A stretch of DNA of 32,000 bases from the NCBI GenBank assembly GCA_023898425.1, contig CP060222.1, forward strand, positions 120,001 to 152,000, read 5' to 3'. The notes below the pieces were generated by a model. It saw nothing but the letters and a program-made list of their open reading frames with translations. It searched no databases and was not told the origin of the DNA. The position numbers and the translations under genes were made by a program. Positions within the stretch are counted from its first letter, which is position 1, and each line of letters begins with the position of its first letter. Of this stretch, positions 16,958 through 25,902 are shown piece after piece. The DNA is from Candidatus Saccharimonadota bacterium (GTDB taxonomy: Bacteria > Patescibacteriota > Patescibacteriia > 2-12-FULL-60-25).

Positions 16958-17293
16958 ATGACTGAAGCAAAAGCAAAAGCTCCTACAGCAGGAAATCGCG
17001 TGCGTATCAAAATTCGCGCCTACGACCATAAAATTATCGACCAAGCAACTCGCACGATCATTGAGACGGCGGAGCGCTCTGGCGCTAAAGTTATCGGTCC
17101 GATTCCTTTGCCTACAGAGAAAAAGAAGTGGACGGTTAACCGTTCTACCTTCGTCCATAAGAATGCTCGTGAGCAATTCGAGATGCGTATTCATAAGCGC
17201 GTCGTGGACATCGTTGACCCAAGTGCGAAGACAATCGATGCTCTAACATCGTTAACTCTTCCAGCTGGTGTCGACGTTGAGATCAAGATGTAA
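16958..17293 (+). CDS. rpsJ: 30S ribosomal protein S10 (uS10)
   Basis: 111 aa: [28 protein letters not shown]...GPIPLPT. Confidence 0.97.
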   Translation: MTEAKAKAPTAGNRVRIKIRAYDHKIIDQATRTIIETAERSGAKVIGPIPLPTEKKKWTVNRSTFVHKNAREQFEMRIHKRVVDIVDPSAKTIDALTSLTLPAGVDVEIKM

Positions 17294-17429
17294 ATCTTGT
17301 CTCATTCTACAAACGTTTCCCAAGGAGAAAGCTCCCCCGAATCAGCAAGCTACTTGTAGCTTTGCCGGGTGGATAACCTCCCTGCAGCGAATCGCACATC
17401 CGTGAACCGGTTCCGTACGCAATTTTGCG

Positions 17430-17482
17430 CCCGGGGTTTGGGGACGATGTCGAAAATCGCCCGCAGACCCCGGGATTTTTTT
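17430..17482 (+). terminator. Strong intrinsic terminator/attenuator inside the rpsJ-rplC spacer
   Basis: CCCGGGGT-TT-GGGaCGAT-GTCGAAA-ATCGCCC-GCAG-ACCCCGGG, then A and a run of 7 T. It lies 28 nt upstream of the rplC ATG. Confidence 0.65.
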
Positions 17483-17510
17483 CATTCATATTTAGCGACC
17501 AATCCGAACT

Positions 17511-18116
17511 ATGAAAAAGTTCATTATCGGCGAAAAGATCGAGATGTCGCAGGTCTACCGCGAAGACGGAACGGTAGTTCCGGTGACGCTCATCAAGGCC
17601 GGCCCATGTGTCGTGACGCAAGTCAAGACAGCAGAAAAAGATCATGTTTCGTCAGTGCAACTCGGTTTTAAAGAGGCTAAGCGTCTTAATAAGCCAGAAG
17701 CAGGACATCTTAAGGACCTTCCATCCCTCTCAGTGCTACGCGACTTCCGTGTCGATGGCGAATCAACATTAAAGCGTGGTGACACGCTCGATGCTTCAAC
17801 CTTTGCTATCGGTGACGTTGTACACGTTGTCGGTACGTCAAAAGGTCGTGGTTTTGCCGGTGTTGTAAAGCGTCATGGCTTTAGCGGTTCCCCAGCTTCT
17901 CACGGTCATAAGGATCAACTCCGTATGCCTGGTTCAAGTGGTGCTGGTGGTCCACAACACGTTTTTAAAGGACACCGTATGGGTGGTCACATGGGCGATG
18001 CACGCGTAACGGTACAGAACTTAGTCGTTGTTGAGATCCGCGAAGGCGGTATCATCGCGGTGAAAGGCGCTGTCCCTGGTGCACGTCACTCAATCGTTGA
18101 AATCATTGCTGCGTAA
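17511..18116 (+). CDS. rplC: 50S ribosomal protein L3 (uL3)
   Basis: 201 aa: GTSKGRGFAGVVKRHGF.G.PASHG motif. Confidence 0.97.
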   Translation: MKKFIIGEKIEMSQVYREDGTVVPVTLIKAGPCVVTQVKTAEKDHVSSVQLGFKEAKRLNKPEAGHLKDLPSLSVLRDFRVDGESTLKRGDTLDASTFAIGDVVHVVGTSKGRGFAGVVKRHGFSGSPASHGHKDQLRMPGSSGAGGPQHVFKGHRMGGHMGDARVTVQNLVVVEIREGGIIAVKGAVPGARHSIVEIIAA

Positions 18117-18120
18117 TCGT

Positions 18121-18747
18121 ATGGCTACAATCTCTATCTACAACCAAGAAGGTAAAGTTGTCGGCGATCTCGCACTCAATGACAAAATCTTCGGTGTAAA
18201 ATCAAACCCAGCGCTTGTACACGAAGCCGTTATCGCACAACGCGCTAACGCACGTCGTTCAATCGCAAACACAAAAAATCGCGGAGAAGTCCGTGGTGGT
18301 GGTAAAAAGCCTTGGAAGCAAAAAGGTACCGGTCGCGCTCGTCAGGGTTCGATCCGCTCTCCTCAGTGGATTGGCGGTGGTATCGTATTTGGTCCACGCT
18401 CAGAACGTAATTTTGAACTTAAAATCAATCGTAAAGCAAAGCAGAAAGCGCTTTTCATGGCACTCTCTGACAAGCTTACAAACAAGCAACTTCTTGTTAT
18501 CGAATCAGTGAATACTGAAGCAGCAAAAACAAAAATTCTTGCTGAGATGATTAAGAAGCTCCCAGTAGGTCGTACGGTCCTCTTGGTAACTCCTAAGGCA
18601 GATGAATCGCTCATGCGTATGGTTCGCAATCTTCCTTCGGTAAAGCTTGTCTCTTCTAACTCTGTTAACTTGGTCGATGTTCTCGGTTACAAGTCGGTAG
18701 CTTTCTTAAAGGACGCTGTCACTTCGTTCGAGAAACTCTACGCCTAA
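18121..18747 (+). CDS. rplD: 50S ribosomal protein L4 (uL4)
   Basis: Starts at ATG 18121 (MATISIYNQEGK...). Contains RGGGKKPWKQKGTGRARQGSIRSPQW. Confidence 0.97.
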   Translation: MATISIYNQEGKVVGDLALNDKIFGVKSNPALVHEAVIAQRANARRSIANTKNRGEVRGGGKKPWKQKGTGRARQGSIRSPQWIGGGIVFGPRSERNFELKINRKAKQKALFMALSDKLTNKQLLVIESVNTEAAKTKILAEMIKKLPVGRTVLLVTPKADESLMRMVRNLPSVKLVSSNSVNLVDVLGYKSVAFLKDAVTSFEKLYA

Positions 18748-18752
18748 ATTCT

Positions 18753-19172
18753 ATGGCTATCCTCGATAAAATCCGTAAGCCTAAGGCTGCGGTTACAACC
18801 GAAGACACCAAAGCAAAGCGTGCTCCGGCCAAGAAAGCAAAGTCTGCTGACGAAGGTGCTGTGGCATCAAAGGCTACACAGGGCAATGCGCTCTCAAGTC
18901 GTTTGTTGCGCGCTCCACGCGTGAGCGAAAAGGCTGCGCGTCTCGCAGAAAAGGGGACCTACGTATTCGAAGTCGCGCAAGATGCAGAGAAAATCTCTAT
19001 CAAGCGCGCTGTTGAATCCCTCTATGGTATCAAAGTCGCATCGGTACGCATTATCAATGTTGGTGGTAAGCCTGTTAAAAAAGGCCGCCGTGTAAGCTAT
19101 CGATCCGATCTCAAAAAAGCTCTTGTGACTGTAAAGCCTGGTCAGAAGATTGATCTCTACGAAGGCGTCTAA
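18753..19172 (+). CDS. rplW: 50S ribosomal protein L23 (uL23) with a ~45-aa K/A-rich N-terminal extension
   Basis: 139 aa. The conserved core is RAPRVSEKAARLAEKGTYVFEV...IKRAVESLYGIKV. Confidence 0.93.
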   Translation: MAILDKIRKPKAAVTTEDTKAKRAPAKKAKSADEGAVASKATQGNALSSRLLRAPRVSEKAARLAEKGTYVFEVAQDAEKISIKRAVESLYGIKVASVRIINVGGKPVKKGRRVSYRSDLKKALVTVKPGQKIDLYEGV

Positions 19173-19180
19173 TCCTCCCT

Positions 19181-20020
19181 ATGCCGATCAAAAAAATTCG
19201 CCCAGTAACAATTGGGCAGCGCAATATCTCGGTGCAGGATTTCTCAGATATTACTGCAAGTAAGCCTGAAAAATCTCTCATCATCTCGCGCAAAAACAAG
19301 GCCGGTCGTAATGGCGGTAAAATCGCTGTTCGCCATCAAGGCGGAGGTCACAAAAAATTCATTCGTGAAGTTGACTTTACTCGCAGCCGTTACGATATTC
19401 CTGCCACAGTAAAAACTATTGAGTACGATCCTAATCGCGGCGCACGTATTTCGCTCGTTGCGTATAAGGACGGTGTAAAATCCTACGTACTCACACCAGA
19501 CGGGTTACAAGTGGGTATGACAATTGTCTCCTCACTTACAGAAGCAGAAATTCTTCCTGGTAACCGTCTTCCGTTAAGCAAGATCCCTGTTGGTACTACG
19601 GTTCATTCAGTAGAGCTAGCACCGGGTAAAGGCGGACAGCTTGGCCATGGTGCCGGCTCCCGTATCGAATTCATGGCTGTCGAAGACGACTGGGCTGTCA
19701 TCAAACTTCCATCCGGTGAAACCCGCCGTATTCCGAAGGGTTGTATGGCAACCATCGGCTCCGTTTCAAACCAAGATTGGCACCTCGTTCGTTGGGGTAA
19801 AGCTGGTCGCATGCGCCATCGCGGTATCCGTCCTACGGTTCGCGGTAAAGTCATGAACCCAGTAGATCACCCTCACGGTGGTGGTGAAGGTAAACATCCA
19901 ATTGGTATGAAATACGCTAAGACCAAGTGGGGCAAACATGCTCTCGGTGTCAAAACGCGTCGCCGTCATCTTGCTAGCGACAAATTCATTATTCGCCGCC
20001 GCAAGGGCAACACTCTCTAA
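19181..20020 (+). CDS. rplB: 50S ribosomal protein L2 (uL2)
   Basis: 279 aa: RHQGGGHKK, GRMRHRGIRPTVRGKVMNPVDHPHGGGEG. Confidence 0.98.
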   Translation: MPIKKIRPVTIGQRNISVQDFSDITASKPEKSLIISRKNKAGRNGGKIAVRHQGGGHKKFIREVDFTRSRYDIPATVKTIEYDPNRGARISLVAYKDGVKSYVLTPDGLQVGMTIVSSLTEAEILPGNRLPLSKIPVGTTVHSVELAPGKGGQLGHGAGSRIEFMAVEDDWAVIKLPSGETRRIPKGCMATIGSVSNQDWHLVRWGKAGRMRHRGIRPTVRGKVMNPVDHPHGGGEGKHPIGMKYAKTKWGKHALGVKTRRRHLASDKFIIRRRKGNTL

Positions 20021-20023
20021 TCT

Positions 20024-20311
20024 ATGTCTCGAAGTCTCAAAAAAGGACCTTTCACCGAGCCAAAGCTTCTTGAAAAAGTGAAGAAAGCTGGCCCTGGTTC
20101 AAAGGCTATCATCAAGACGTGGTACCGTTCTTCGACAATTACGCCGGAGATGGTTGGTTTTACCTTCGGTGTTCACAATGGCAAGCAACATGTAAATGTG
20201 CTCGTTGTTGAAAACATGGTGGGTCATAAACTTGGTGAATTCTCGCCAACACGTAAGTTCACACGTCATGGCGGTAAGTTAACTAAGTCCATTGACGCTG
20301 CTAAGAAATAA
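20024..20311 (+). CDS. rpsS: 30S ribosomal protein S19 (uS19)
   Basis: 95 aa: [10 protein letters not shown]...[17 protein letters not shown]. Confidence 0.98.
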   Translation: MSRSLKKGPFTEPKLLEKVKKAGPGSKAIIKTWYRSSTITPEMVGFTFGVHNGKQHVNVLVVENMVGHKLGEFSPTRKFTRHGGKLTKSIDAAKK

Positions 20312-20316
20312 TCGCT

Positions 20317-20730
20317 ATGGAAGTAAAAGCATCACTCCGCTTTCTCCGTATGTCTCCACGTAAGGTTCGCCTTGTTGTGGATACTGTCCGAGGAATGTCG
20401 GTCGCAGCCGCCGAAACAAAGCTAAAGTTTGTGCCCAAGCTCGCATCTGAGCCGGTACTCAAACTCTTGCTCTCAGCGGTTGCCAACGCAACACATAACT
20501 TTCATCTTCAAAAAGAAGACTTATACGTAAAGACTATCGTTGCTGACGGCGGTCCAACGCTTAAACGTTTTCGTGCACGTGCCTTTGGTCGTGCAGCACC
20601 GATTCGTAAGCGCACCACTCACATCACGATTGTACTTGCTGAAAAGAAGGACGCTCCTACTGAAAAAGTAGAAGCTGCTCCGAAGAAAGTCGTTCGTGCT
20701 AAGAAAGCTGCTACGCAAGTAACCGCCTAA
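20317..20730 (+). CDS. rplV: 50S ribosomal protein L22 (uL22)
   Basis: 137 aa: LRMSPRKVRLVVDTVRG..V..A...L.F and RFRARAFGRAAPIRKRTTHITIVL. Confidence 0.97.
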   Translation: MEVKASLRFLRMSPRKVRLVVDTVRGMSVAAAETKLKFVPKLASEPVLKLLLSAVANATHNFHLQKEDLYVKTIVADGGPTLKRFRARAFGRAAPIRKRTTHITIVLAEKKDAPTEKVEAAPKKVVRAKKAATQVTA

Positions 20731-20733
20731 CCT

Positions 20734-21594
20734 ATGGGTCACAAAGTCAATCCAAAAGTCTTCCGTCTCGGAATGACCACCACCTGGCCATCACGCTGGT
20801 TCGCCCGCAATGATGTCTATCGTCAATCACTTCAACAGGATCTTGGTATTCGTGAATACCTTGAGAAAGAATTGAAAGACGCAGGTGTAAACCGCATCGA
20901 AATCGAACGCTCACGTGGCGTTGTTACCATTACGGTTCATGCGGCACGTCCTGGCATTGCCATTGGTCGTGGAGGTGAAGGTTCAGATGCGCTCAAAAAG
21001 AAAATCGAAAAGAAATTCTTTCCAGGGCAAATCAAAACACTTCGCGTAAACCTTAATATTCAAGAGGTAGCAAACCCTGGTATTGAAGCCGCTCTCGTTG
21101 TTCAATCCGTTATTTCAGATCTTGAACGTCGCATGGCTTTTCGCCGCGTCCTCAAGATGACGATTGAACGCGTCAAAAAATCTGGTGCACTCGGTGTAAA
21201 AATCGCTGTATCAGGTCGTTTGAACGGTGCTGAAATTGCTCGTCGCGAATGGTTAGCTTGGGGAAAAATCCCACTCACAAACCTTCGTGCTGATATCGAC
21301 TACTCCGCAAATTTTGCCATGACAAAGGCCGGTGCTATCGGCGTAAAAGTCTGGATCTACCGCGGAGATATCTTTAACGGCGAACGTCCAGCGATCTACC
21401 AGCCAACAACTCCACGTCGTCGCGATGATCGCGGTCCACGTCGTGACGGTATGGGTGGTGGTCGTCCTCCACGTCGCGATAGTCGCGGTGGTGGTACGGG
21501 TCGCCCTGTCTCATTCGGTTCAGGTGCTAGTAAGTCAGCGGCTCCATCCGCTCCAGCTGCTCCTGCCGATTCTCAATCAGAAAAAGCATCTTAA
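20734..21594 (+). CDS. rpsC: 30S ribosomal protein S3 (uS3) with a ~70-aa Arg/Gly-rich then Ala/Pro/Ser-rich C-terminal tail
   Basis: 286 aa: MGHKVNPKVFRLG, KH domain, GRLNGAEIAR. The tail reads PRRRDDRGPRRDGMGGGRPPRRDSRGGGTGRP... Confidence 0.97.
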   Translation: MGHKVNPKVFRLGMTTTWPSRWFARNDVYRQSLQQDLGIREYLEKELKDAGVNRIEIERSRGVVTITVHAARPGIAIGRGGEGSDALKKKIEKKFFPGQIKTLRVNLNIQEVANPGIEAALVVQSVISDLERRMAFRRVLKMTIERVKKSGALGVKIAVSGRLNGAEIARREWLAWGKIPLTNLRADIDYSANFAMTKAGAIGVKVWIYRGDIFNGERPAIYQPTTPRRRDDRGPRRDGMGGGRPPRRDSRGGGTGRPVSFGSGASKSAAPSAPAAPADSQSEKAS

Positions 21595-21600
21595 TGCCCT

Positions 21601-22011
21601 ATGTTGATTCCAAAGAAAGTCAAACATCGCAAGTGGCAAAAAGGTCGCGCTCGCAACATTCGCACGGCATCCACAAAGATTGAGCTCGCTTTTGGTTCAT
21701 ACGGCTTGAAAGCAATGACTCCAGCATGGATTACTTCTCAAGAAATCGAAGCTGGTCGTCGTGTTCTCACTCGCTATGTAAAAAAAGGCGGTAAAGTCTG
21801 GATTCGCGTGTTCCCTGATAAGCCTGTAACGAAAAAAGGTAACGAAGTACCGATGGGTTCCGGTAAAGGTGCCCCGGATCACTACGTTGCGGTTATTCGT
21901 CCAGGTACAATCCTTTATGAAATGGACGGCATTCCGGCTGATATGGCTAAGCAAGCTCTACAGAGCGCTGCTTATAAGCTATCGCCGATTTGTAAGTTTA
22001 TAAGCAAATAA
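21601..22011 (+). CDS. rplP: 50S ribosomal protein L16 (uL16)
   Basis: 136 aa: [32 protein letters not shown]. Confidence 0.98.
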   Translation: MLIPKKVKHRKWQKGRARNIRTASTKIELAFGSYGLKAMTPAWITSQEIEAGRRVLTRYVKKGGKVWIRVFPDKPVTKKGNEVPMGSGKGAPDHYVAVIRPGTILYEMDGIPADMAKQALQSAAYKLSPICKFISK

Positions 22012-22014
22012 GCT

Positions 22015-22212
22015 ATGTCGAACTTCAAAGAGCTCTCACTGAAGACGCCTGTCGAACTTCGTCGCCAAGCTGAAGAGCTTCGTGCCGAATTGCGCGACCT
22101 CCGCTTCAAAGTGAAGACACGTCAATATCTCAAAGTACGTACAGTGCGCGTTAAACGTCGCGAACTTGCCCGTACAGTTCACGCACTCGCTAAAGCGACT
22201 GCTACCAAGTAA
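22015..22212 (+). CDS. rpmC: 50S ribosomal protein L29 (uL29)
   Basis: 65 aa: ELR....EL..EL..LRF. Position between rplP and rpsQ. Confidence 0.93.
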   Translation: MSNFKELSLKTPVELRRQAEELRAELRDLRFKVKTRQYLKVRTVRVKRRELARTVHALAKATATK

Positions 22213-22214
22213 TT

Positions 22215-22481
22215 ATGTCAACGACTCAATCATCCAAAACACAACCACATCGCTTGCAAGGCGTTGTTGTATCAACAGCGATGGCAAAAACCGCTGTGGT
22301 TCGTGTAGACCGCCGTGTTATGCACGAGAAGTACGGTAAGTACTTCACGATCTCGAAGAAATTCAAGGTCCACGACGAAATTGGTGCTGCCCATATGGGT
22401 GACATCATCGAAATCGAAGAGTGCCGCCCGGTGAGCCGCGACAAGAATTGGCGTTATTTGTCCACCATTAAAGCTGCATAA
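22215..22481 (+). CDS. rpsQ: 30S ribosomal protein S17 (uS17)
   Basis: 88 aa: [20 protein letters not shown]...HDE....GD.I.I.ECRP.S..K.W. Confidence 0.96.
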   Translation: MSTTQSSKTQPHRLQGVVVSTAMAKTAVVRVDRRVMHEKYGKYFTISKKFKVHDEIGAAHMGDIIEIEECRPVSRDKNWRYLSTIKAA

Positions 22482-22486
22482 TCTCT

Positions 22487-22858
22487 ATGGTACAACATCG
22501 CTCAATGCTCTCTGTTGCTGATAACTCAGGAGCTAAAATTCTCCAGGTGATCCGTGTGAATGGTGGTTACCAAAAGCGCTACGGCCGCATCGCGGACGTT
22601 GTGACTTGCGCCGTCAAATCCGCAGATCCTCGTGGCGTTGTAAAGAAATCCGATGTCGTCCACGCTGTACTTGTGCGTTCTCGTAAAGAGACACGTCGTG
22701 CAGACGGTACGTACATTCGCTTCGACGAAAACGCTGGCGTTATCATCGATCCTAAAACAAAAGAACCAAAAGGTACTCGTATCTTCGGACCAGTTGCTCG
22801 CGAACTTCGCGCAAAAGGTTTTACGAAGATTGTATCTCTTGCGCCTGAAGTCCTCTAA
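22487..22858 (+). CDS. rplN: 50S ribosomal protein L14 (uL14)
   Basis: 123 aa: L.VADNSGAK....[18 protein letters not shown]. Confidence 0.98.
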   Translation: MVQHRSMLSVADNSGAKILQVIRVNGGYQKRYGRIADVVTCAVKSADPRGVVKKSDVVHAVLVRSRKETRRADGTYIRFDENAGVIIDPKTKEPKGTRIFGPVARELRAKGFTKIVSLAPEVL

Positions 22859-22864
22859 TATCCT

Positions 22865-23128
22865 ATGACACAACTCCGTATTAAAACCGGCGATGAAGTC
22901 ATCGTGATTGCCGGGGCCGACAAAGGCAAAAAAGGCAAAGTCATCCAGACTTTTCCAAAACTCAATCGTGTCGTGGTTGAAGGTGTGAATATTCGCAAAC
23001 GCCATATGCGCGCTGCGAGTGCTCAAGCCCAAGGTCAGACCGTTGAGTTCTCAATGCCGATGAACTCATCCAATGTGATGCTTGTTATCGGTGGTAAACC
23101 TGCTCGTCATAATAAACGAGCTGCCTAA
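22865..23128 (+). CDS. rplX: 50S ribosomal protein L24 (uL24)
   Basis: 87 aa: IKTGDEVIVIAGADKGKKGKV (KOW), VEGVNI.KRH. Confidence 0.96.
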   Translation: MTQLRIKTGDEVIVIAGADKGKKGKVIQTFPKLNRVVVEGVNIRKRHMRAASAQAQGQTVEFSMPMNSSNVMLVIGGKPARHNKRAA

Positions 23129-23132
23129 TCCT

Positions 23133-23669
23133 ATGACTCTAAAAGAACAGTACCAATCAGCTGTCGTGCCAGCCTTGAAAAAGGACTTCGGTATCGAAAG
23201 CATCATGGCCGTTCCAAAAGTGAAGAGCGTGACGATTTCCGTCGGTCTTTCGCAGGGTCTTAAGGATCCGAAGGTCCTTGAAACGGTTGAACGAACGCTT
23301 GAGCGTATTACTGGTCAAAAGCCAGCAAAAACAAAAGCGAAGAAATCAATCTCAAGCTTTAAAATCCGTGAAGGTATGGTTGTGGGTATGATGGTAACGC
23401 TTCGTGGTCAACGCATGTGGGATTTTCTCACTCGCCTCACGAACTTTACTTTCCCACGTATCCGTGACTTCCGCGGTATTTCGTCCAAATCGATGGATGC
23501 CCATGGCAATCTATCCCTCGGCTTTCGTGAGAACATTGCGTTCCCTGAAATCCGTCCGGATGAAATTGAACGTATCCACGGTTTGCAAATCACCATCACG
23601 ACAACGGCTGGTGAACGCGCCGTAGGTACCGCTTTGCTCAAAGGCCTCGGCTTTCCATTCACGAACTAA
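23133..23669 (+). CDS. rplE: 50S ribosomal protein L5 (uL5)
   Basis: Starts at ATG 23133 (MTLKEQYQSAVVPALKKDFG). Contains FKIREGMVVG..VTLRG..MW.FL.RL and PRIRDFRG. Confidence 0.97.
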   Translation: MTLKEQYQSAVVPALKKDFGIESIMAVPKVKSVTISVGLSQGLKDPKVLETVERTLERITGQKPAKTKAKKSISSFKIREGMVVGMMVTLRGQRMWDFLTRLTNFTFPRIRDFRGISSKSMDAHGNLSLGFRENIAFPEIRPDEIERIHGLQITITTTAGERAVGTALLKGLGFPFTN

Positions 23670-23672
23670 CTT

Positions 23673-23858
23673 ATGGCAACACAAGCTCAAATCGCAAAAT
23701 CCAACCGCAAGCCGAAATACTCGACTCGCGAAGTGCGCCGTTGCTGGCGCTGTGGTCGTAAGCATGGCTACATGCGCGACTTCGGATTGTGCCGTATTTG
23801 CTTCCGTGAGCTCGCTAACCGCGCTGAGCTTCCAGGTGTGACCAAATCAAGCTGGTAA
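23673..23858 (+). CDS. rpsN: 30S ribosomal protein S14, short zinc-binding (type Z) form
   Basis: 61 aa with CWRCGR...CRICFRE (CxxC...CxxC). Confidence 0.96.
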   Translation: MATQAQIAKSNRKPKYSTREVRRCWRCGRKHGYMRDFGLCRICFRELANRAELPGVTKSSW

Positions 23859-23861
23859 ACT

Positions 23862-24254
23862 ATGCAAAACGATCCAATCAGCGACTTCCTGACACGCATT
23901 CGTAATGCGCAGGCCGCACGTCATGAGACGGTTTCTTTGCCGGGCTCCCGTTTGAAATTGGCTGTCGCCAAGGTGCTCGTCGAAGAAGGCTTTCTTGCAG
24001 ACGCAAAACAAACGTCAGAAGGTCCAAAAAAGACCCTCGTCGTAACTCTTAAATACATGGGCAAGACTCCATTGATTCGTTCTATCAAGAGCATTTCAAC
24101 TCCTGGACGCCGTGTCTATCGTAAAACCACTGAACTCCCTCATGTGTTATCTGGTCAGGGTATCCGCGTGATTTCAACATCCGCTGGTGTCATGTCTGAT
24201 CACGAAGCACGTAAGCGTAAGCTCGGCGGAGAAATTATTTGCGAAGTATCGTAA
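23862..24254 (+). CDS. rpsH: 30S ribosomal protein S8 (uS8)
   Basis: 130 aa: [22 protein letters not shown]. Confidence 0.97.
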   Translation: MQNDPISDFLTRIRNAQAARHETVSLPGSRLKLAVAKVLVEEGFLADAKQTSEGPKKTLVVTLKYMGKTPLIRSIKSISTPGRRVYRKTTELPHVLSGQGIRVISTSAGVMSDHEARKRKLGGEIICEVS

Positions 24255-24284
24255 GATCTTCGTTTCATTCTTCACTATTATTGT

Positions 24285-24830
24285 ATGTCTCGTATCGGTA
24301 AGAAACCGGTTATCCTGCCCTCGGGTTTTGACGTGACTGTCGAAGCTGGGAAGGTAACTGTGAAAGGCCCTAAAGAGTCTCTCACGGTTCCTCTCCACTC
24401 GGATGTCTCGATCGAGATCCAGGCAGAGCCAAGTGCTGTTATTGTAAACGTCAAAGACGAAAACAATGTGAAACAGCGTGCTCTCTGGGGTCTCACTCGC
24501 CAGCTCATCGCGAACGCGGTAGAAGGCCTTGTGAAACCTTACGAGAAATCCCTCGAATTCGTTGGTGTTGGTTACAAAGTCGCACTACAAGGCAATGTTA
24601 TTGTCATGGACGTCGGTTTTTCGCATCAGGTGAAATACCCTGTGCCTCCAATGCTCGAAGCGAGTGTTGATAAACAAATCCTAAAGCTTGTTTCTTCTGA
24701 CAAACACTTGTTAGGAGAAGTAGCGGCACAAATTCGCCGTGTACGTCCACCAGAGCCTTATAAGGGCAAAGGTATTCGATACACTGATGAGGTTGTTCGT
24801 CGCAAAGCTGGTAAGGCAGCCAAATCCTAA
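24285..24830 (+). CDS. rplF: 50S ribosomal protein L6 (uL6)
   Basis: 181 aa: MSRIGKKPV..P.GV.V, GVGYK, PEPYKGKGIRY. Confidence 0.97.
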   Translation: MSRIGKKPVILPSGFDVTVEAGKVTVKGPKESLTVPLHSDVSIEIQAEPSAVIVNVKDENNVKQRALWGLTRQLIANAVEGLVKPYEKSLEFVGVGYKVALQGNVIVMDVGFSHQVKYPVPPMLEASVDKQILKLVSSDKHLLGEVAAQIRRVRPPEPYKGKGIRYTDEVVRRKAGKAAKS

Positions 24831-24841
24831 CGCCTAAACGT

Positions 24842-25204
24842 ATGTCGAATCTCAACACTTCCACGGCGAAAGCTCGCCGCATTGCTCGCGTTCGCGCTCG
24901 CATCTCCGGAACGGCAACACGTCCGCGTTTGGCCGTCTTCCGTAGTATCTCTCATATTTATGTGCAAGCCATTGATGATGTCGCACAAAAGACGCTCGCG
25001 TCTGTCCGTGATACTGATATCGCTGAAGCACAACGAAAAGGTAAAAAGAAAACTGAAATCTCAACGGAGGTAGGCAAGATGATTGCCGAACGCCTTGTGA
25101 AACAGGGTATTAACCAGGCGGTATTCGATCGCCGCGATAAGCGCTATCATGGTCGCGTTAAGGCATTAGCCGAAGGCGCTCGTGAAGCGGGTCTCACGTT
25201 CTAA
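24842..25204 (+). CDS. rplR: 50S ribosomal protein L18 (uL18)
   Basis: 120 aa: R.RAR..GTA.RPRL.VFRS..HIY.Q.IDD, FDR....YHGRVKALAEGAREAGL.F. Confidence 0.97.
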   Translation: MSNLNTSTAKARRIARVRARISGTATRPRLAVFRSISHIYVQAIDDVAQKTLASVRDTDIAEAQRKGKKKTEISTEVGKMIAERLVKQGINQAVFDRRDKRYHGRVKALAEGAREAGLTF

Positions 25205-25207
25205 TCT

Positions 25208-25900
25208 ATGTCTGAAGAAATCAAACAAGCAGCAGAGAGCACAGCTCCTGCCGCGGCTCCAGCTCCTGCTGAAGCCCCTGTCGCAGCTCCAGCACCAACG
25301 GATAAGCCTGCACCTCGTGGTGCTCGTCCAGCTTTTGGTGCAGGTGGACGCGGTGGTCGTGGTGGTGCCGGTGGCGCTCGTGGCGGCCGACGTGACAATC
25401 GTCGCGGACGCGGTGACGTTCCTGCTGAGGCAGACTATGAAGAAAAGAACGTTGAGGTTGCTCGTGTTACACGTGTAACCAAGGGTGGTAAGCGTATGCG
25501 CTTTCGTGTTCTTTCGGTTATTGGTAACCGTAAGGGCCGCACAGGTTTTGGTCTCGCGAAAGGCGTGGATGTTGCAGGTGCAAGCAATAAAGCAAGCACT
25601 CAAGCAAGAAAATCGCTTATTACCGTCCCACTTGTAAACGAAACGATCCCTCATGCTGTAACAGCAAAATACGGTGCAGCTATGGTGCTTCTTAAGCCAG
25701 CTCCAAAAGGTTCTGGTGTAAAAGCAGGTGGCGCTGTTCGTATCGTGCTTGAACTTGCTGGTATCCCGAACGTTGTTTCGAAGATCCTCGGTTCAAACAA
25801 TAAGACCAACAACGTCAAAGCAACGTTTGAGGCGCTTCGTATGCTTCGCCTTCCGGTGAAGACAGAGAAGTCTGAAGAATCTGCTGTAGCGAAGAAATAA
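25208..25900 (+). CDS. rpsE: 30S ribosomal protein S5 (uS5) with a ~75-aa Ala/Pro-rich then RGG-rich N-terminal extension
   Basis: 230 aa. The core is VARVTRVTKGGKRMRFRVLSVIGN..G..GFG.AK. The extension reads GAGGRGGRGGAGGARGGRRDNRRGRGD. Confidence 0.96.
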   Translation: MSEEIKQAAESTAPAAAPAPAEAPVAAPAPTDKPAPRGARPAFGAGGRGGRGGAGGARGGRRDNRRGRGDVPAEADYEEKNVEVARVTRVTKGGKRMRFRVLSVIGNRKGRTGFGLAKGVDVAGASNKASTQARKSLITVPLVNETIPHAVTAKYGAAMVLLKPAPKGSGVKAGGAVRIVLELAGIPNVVSKILGSNNKTNNVKATFEALRMLRLPVKTEKSEESAVAKK

Positions 25901-25902
25901 TT

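Noticed and set aside
17365-17440. ZTP (pfl)-riboswitch-like strings (CCGGGTGGATAACC ... CGCCCGGGG) in the rpsJ-rplC spacer.
   Set aside because: The resemblance to the CCGCCUGGGC pseudoknot consensus is only partial, the genomic context is wrong (r-protein genes, not purine/folate genes), and I cannot reproduce the full two-subdomain architecture by eye.
22526-23032. Long antisense ORFs opposite conserved genes: 22526-23032 (-), 11820-12341 (-), 25166-25654 (-), 3780-4301 (+), 397-870 (+), 12532-12942 (-), 17307-17645 (-), 29977-30393 (-).
   Set aside because: Each lies fully opposite a confidently identified gene (or the structured spacer). They have no start signals and odd composition (Cys/Phe/His-rich or low-complexity mirror sequence). 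Such shadow ORFs are expected opposite codon-biased genes.
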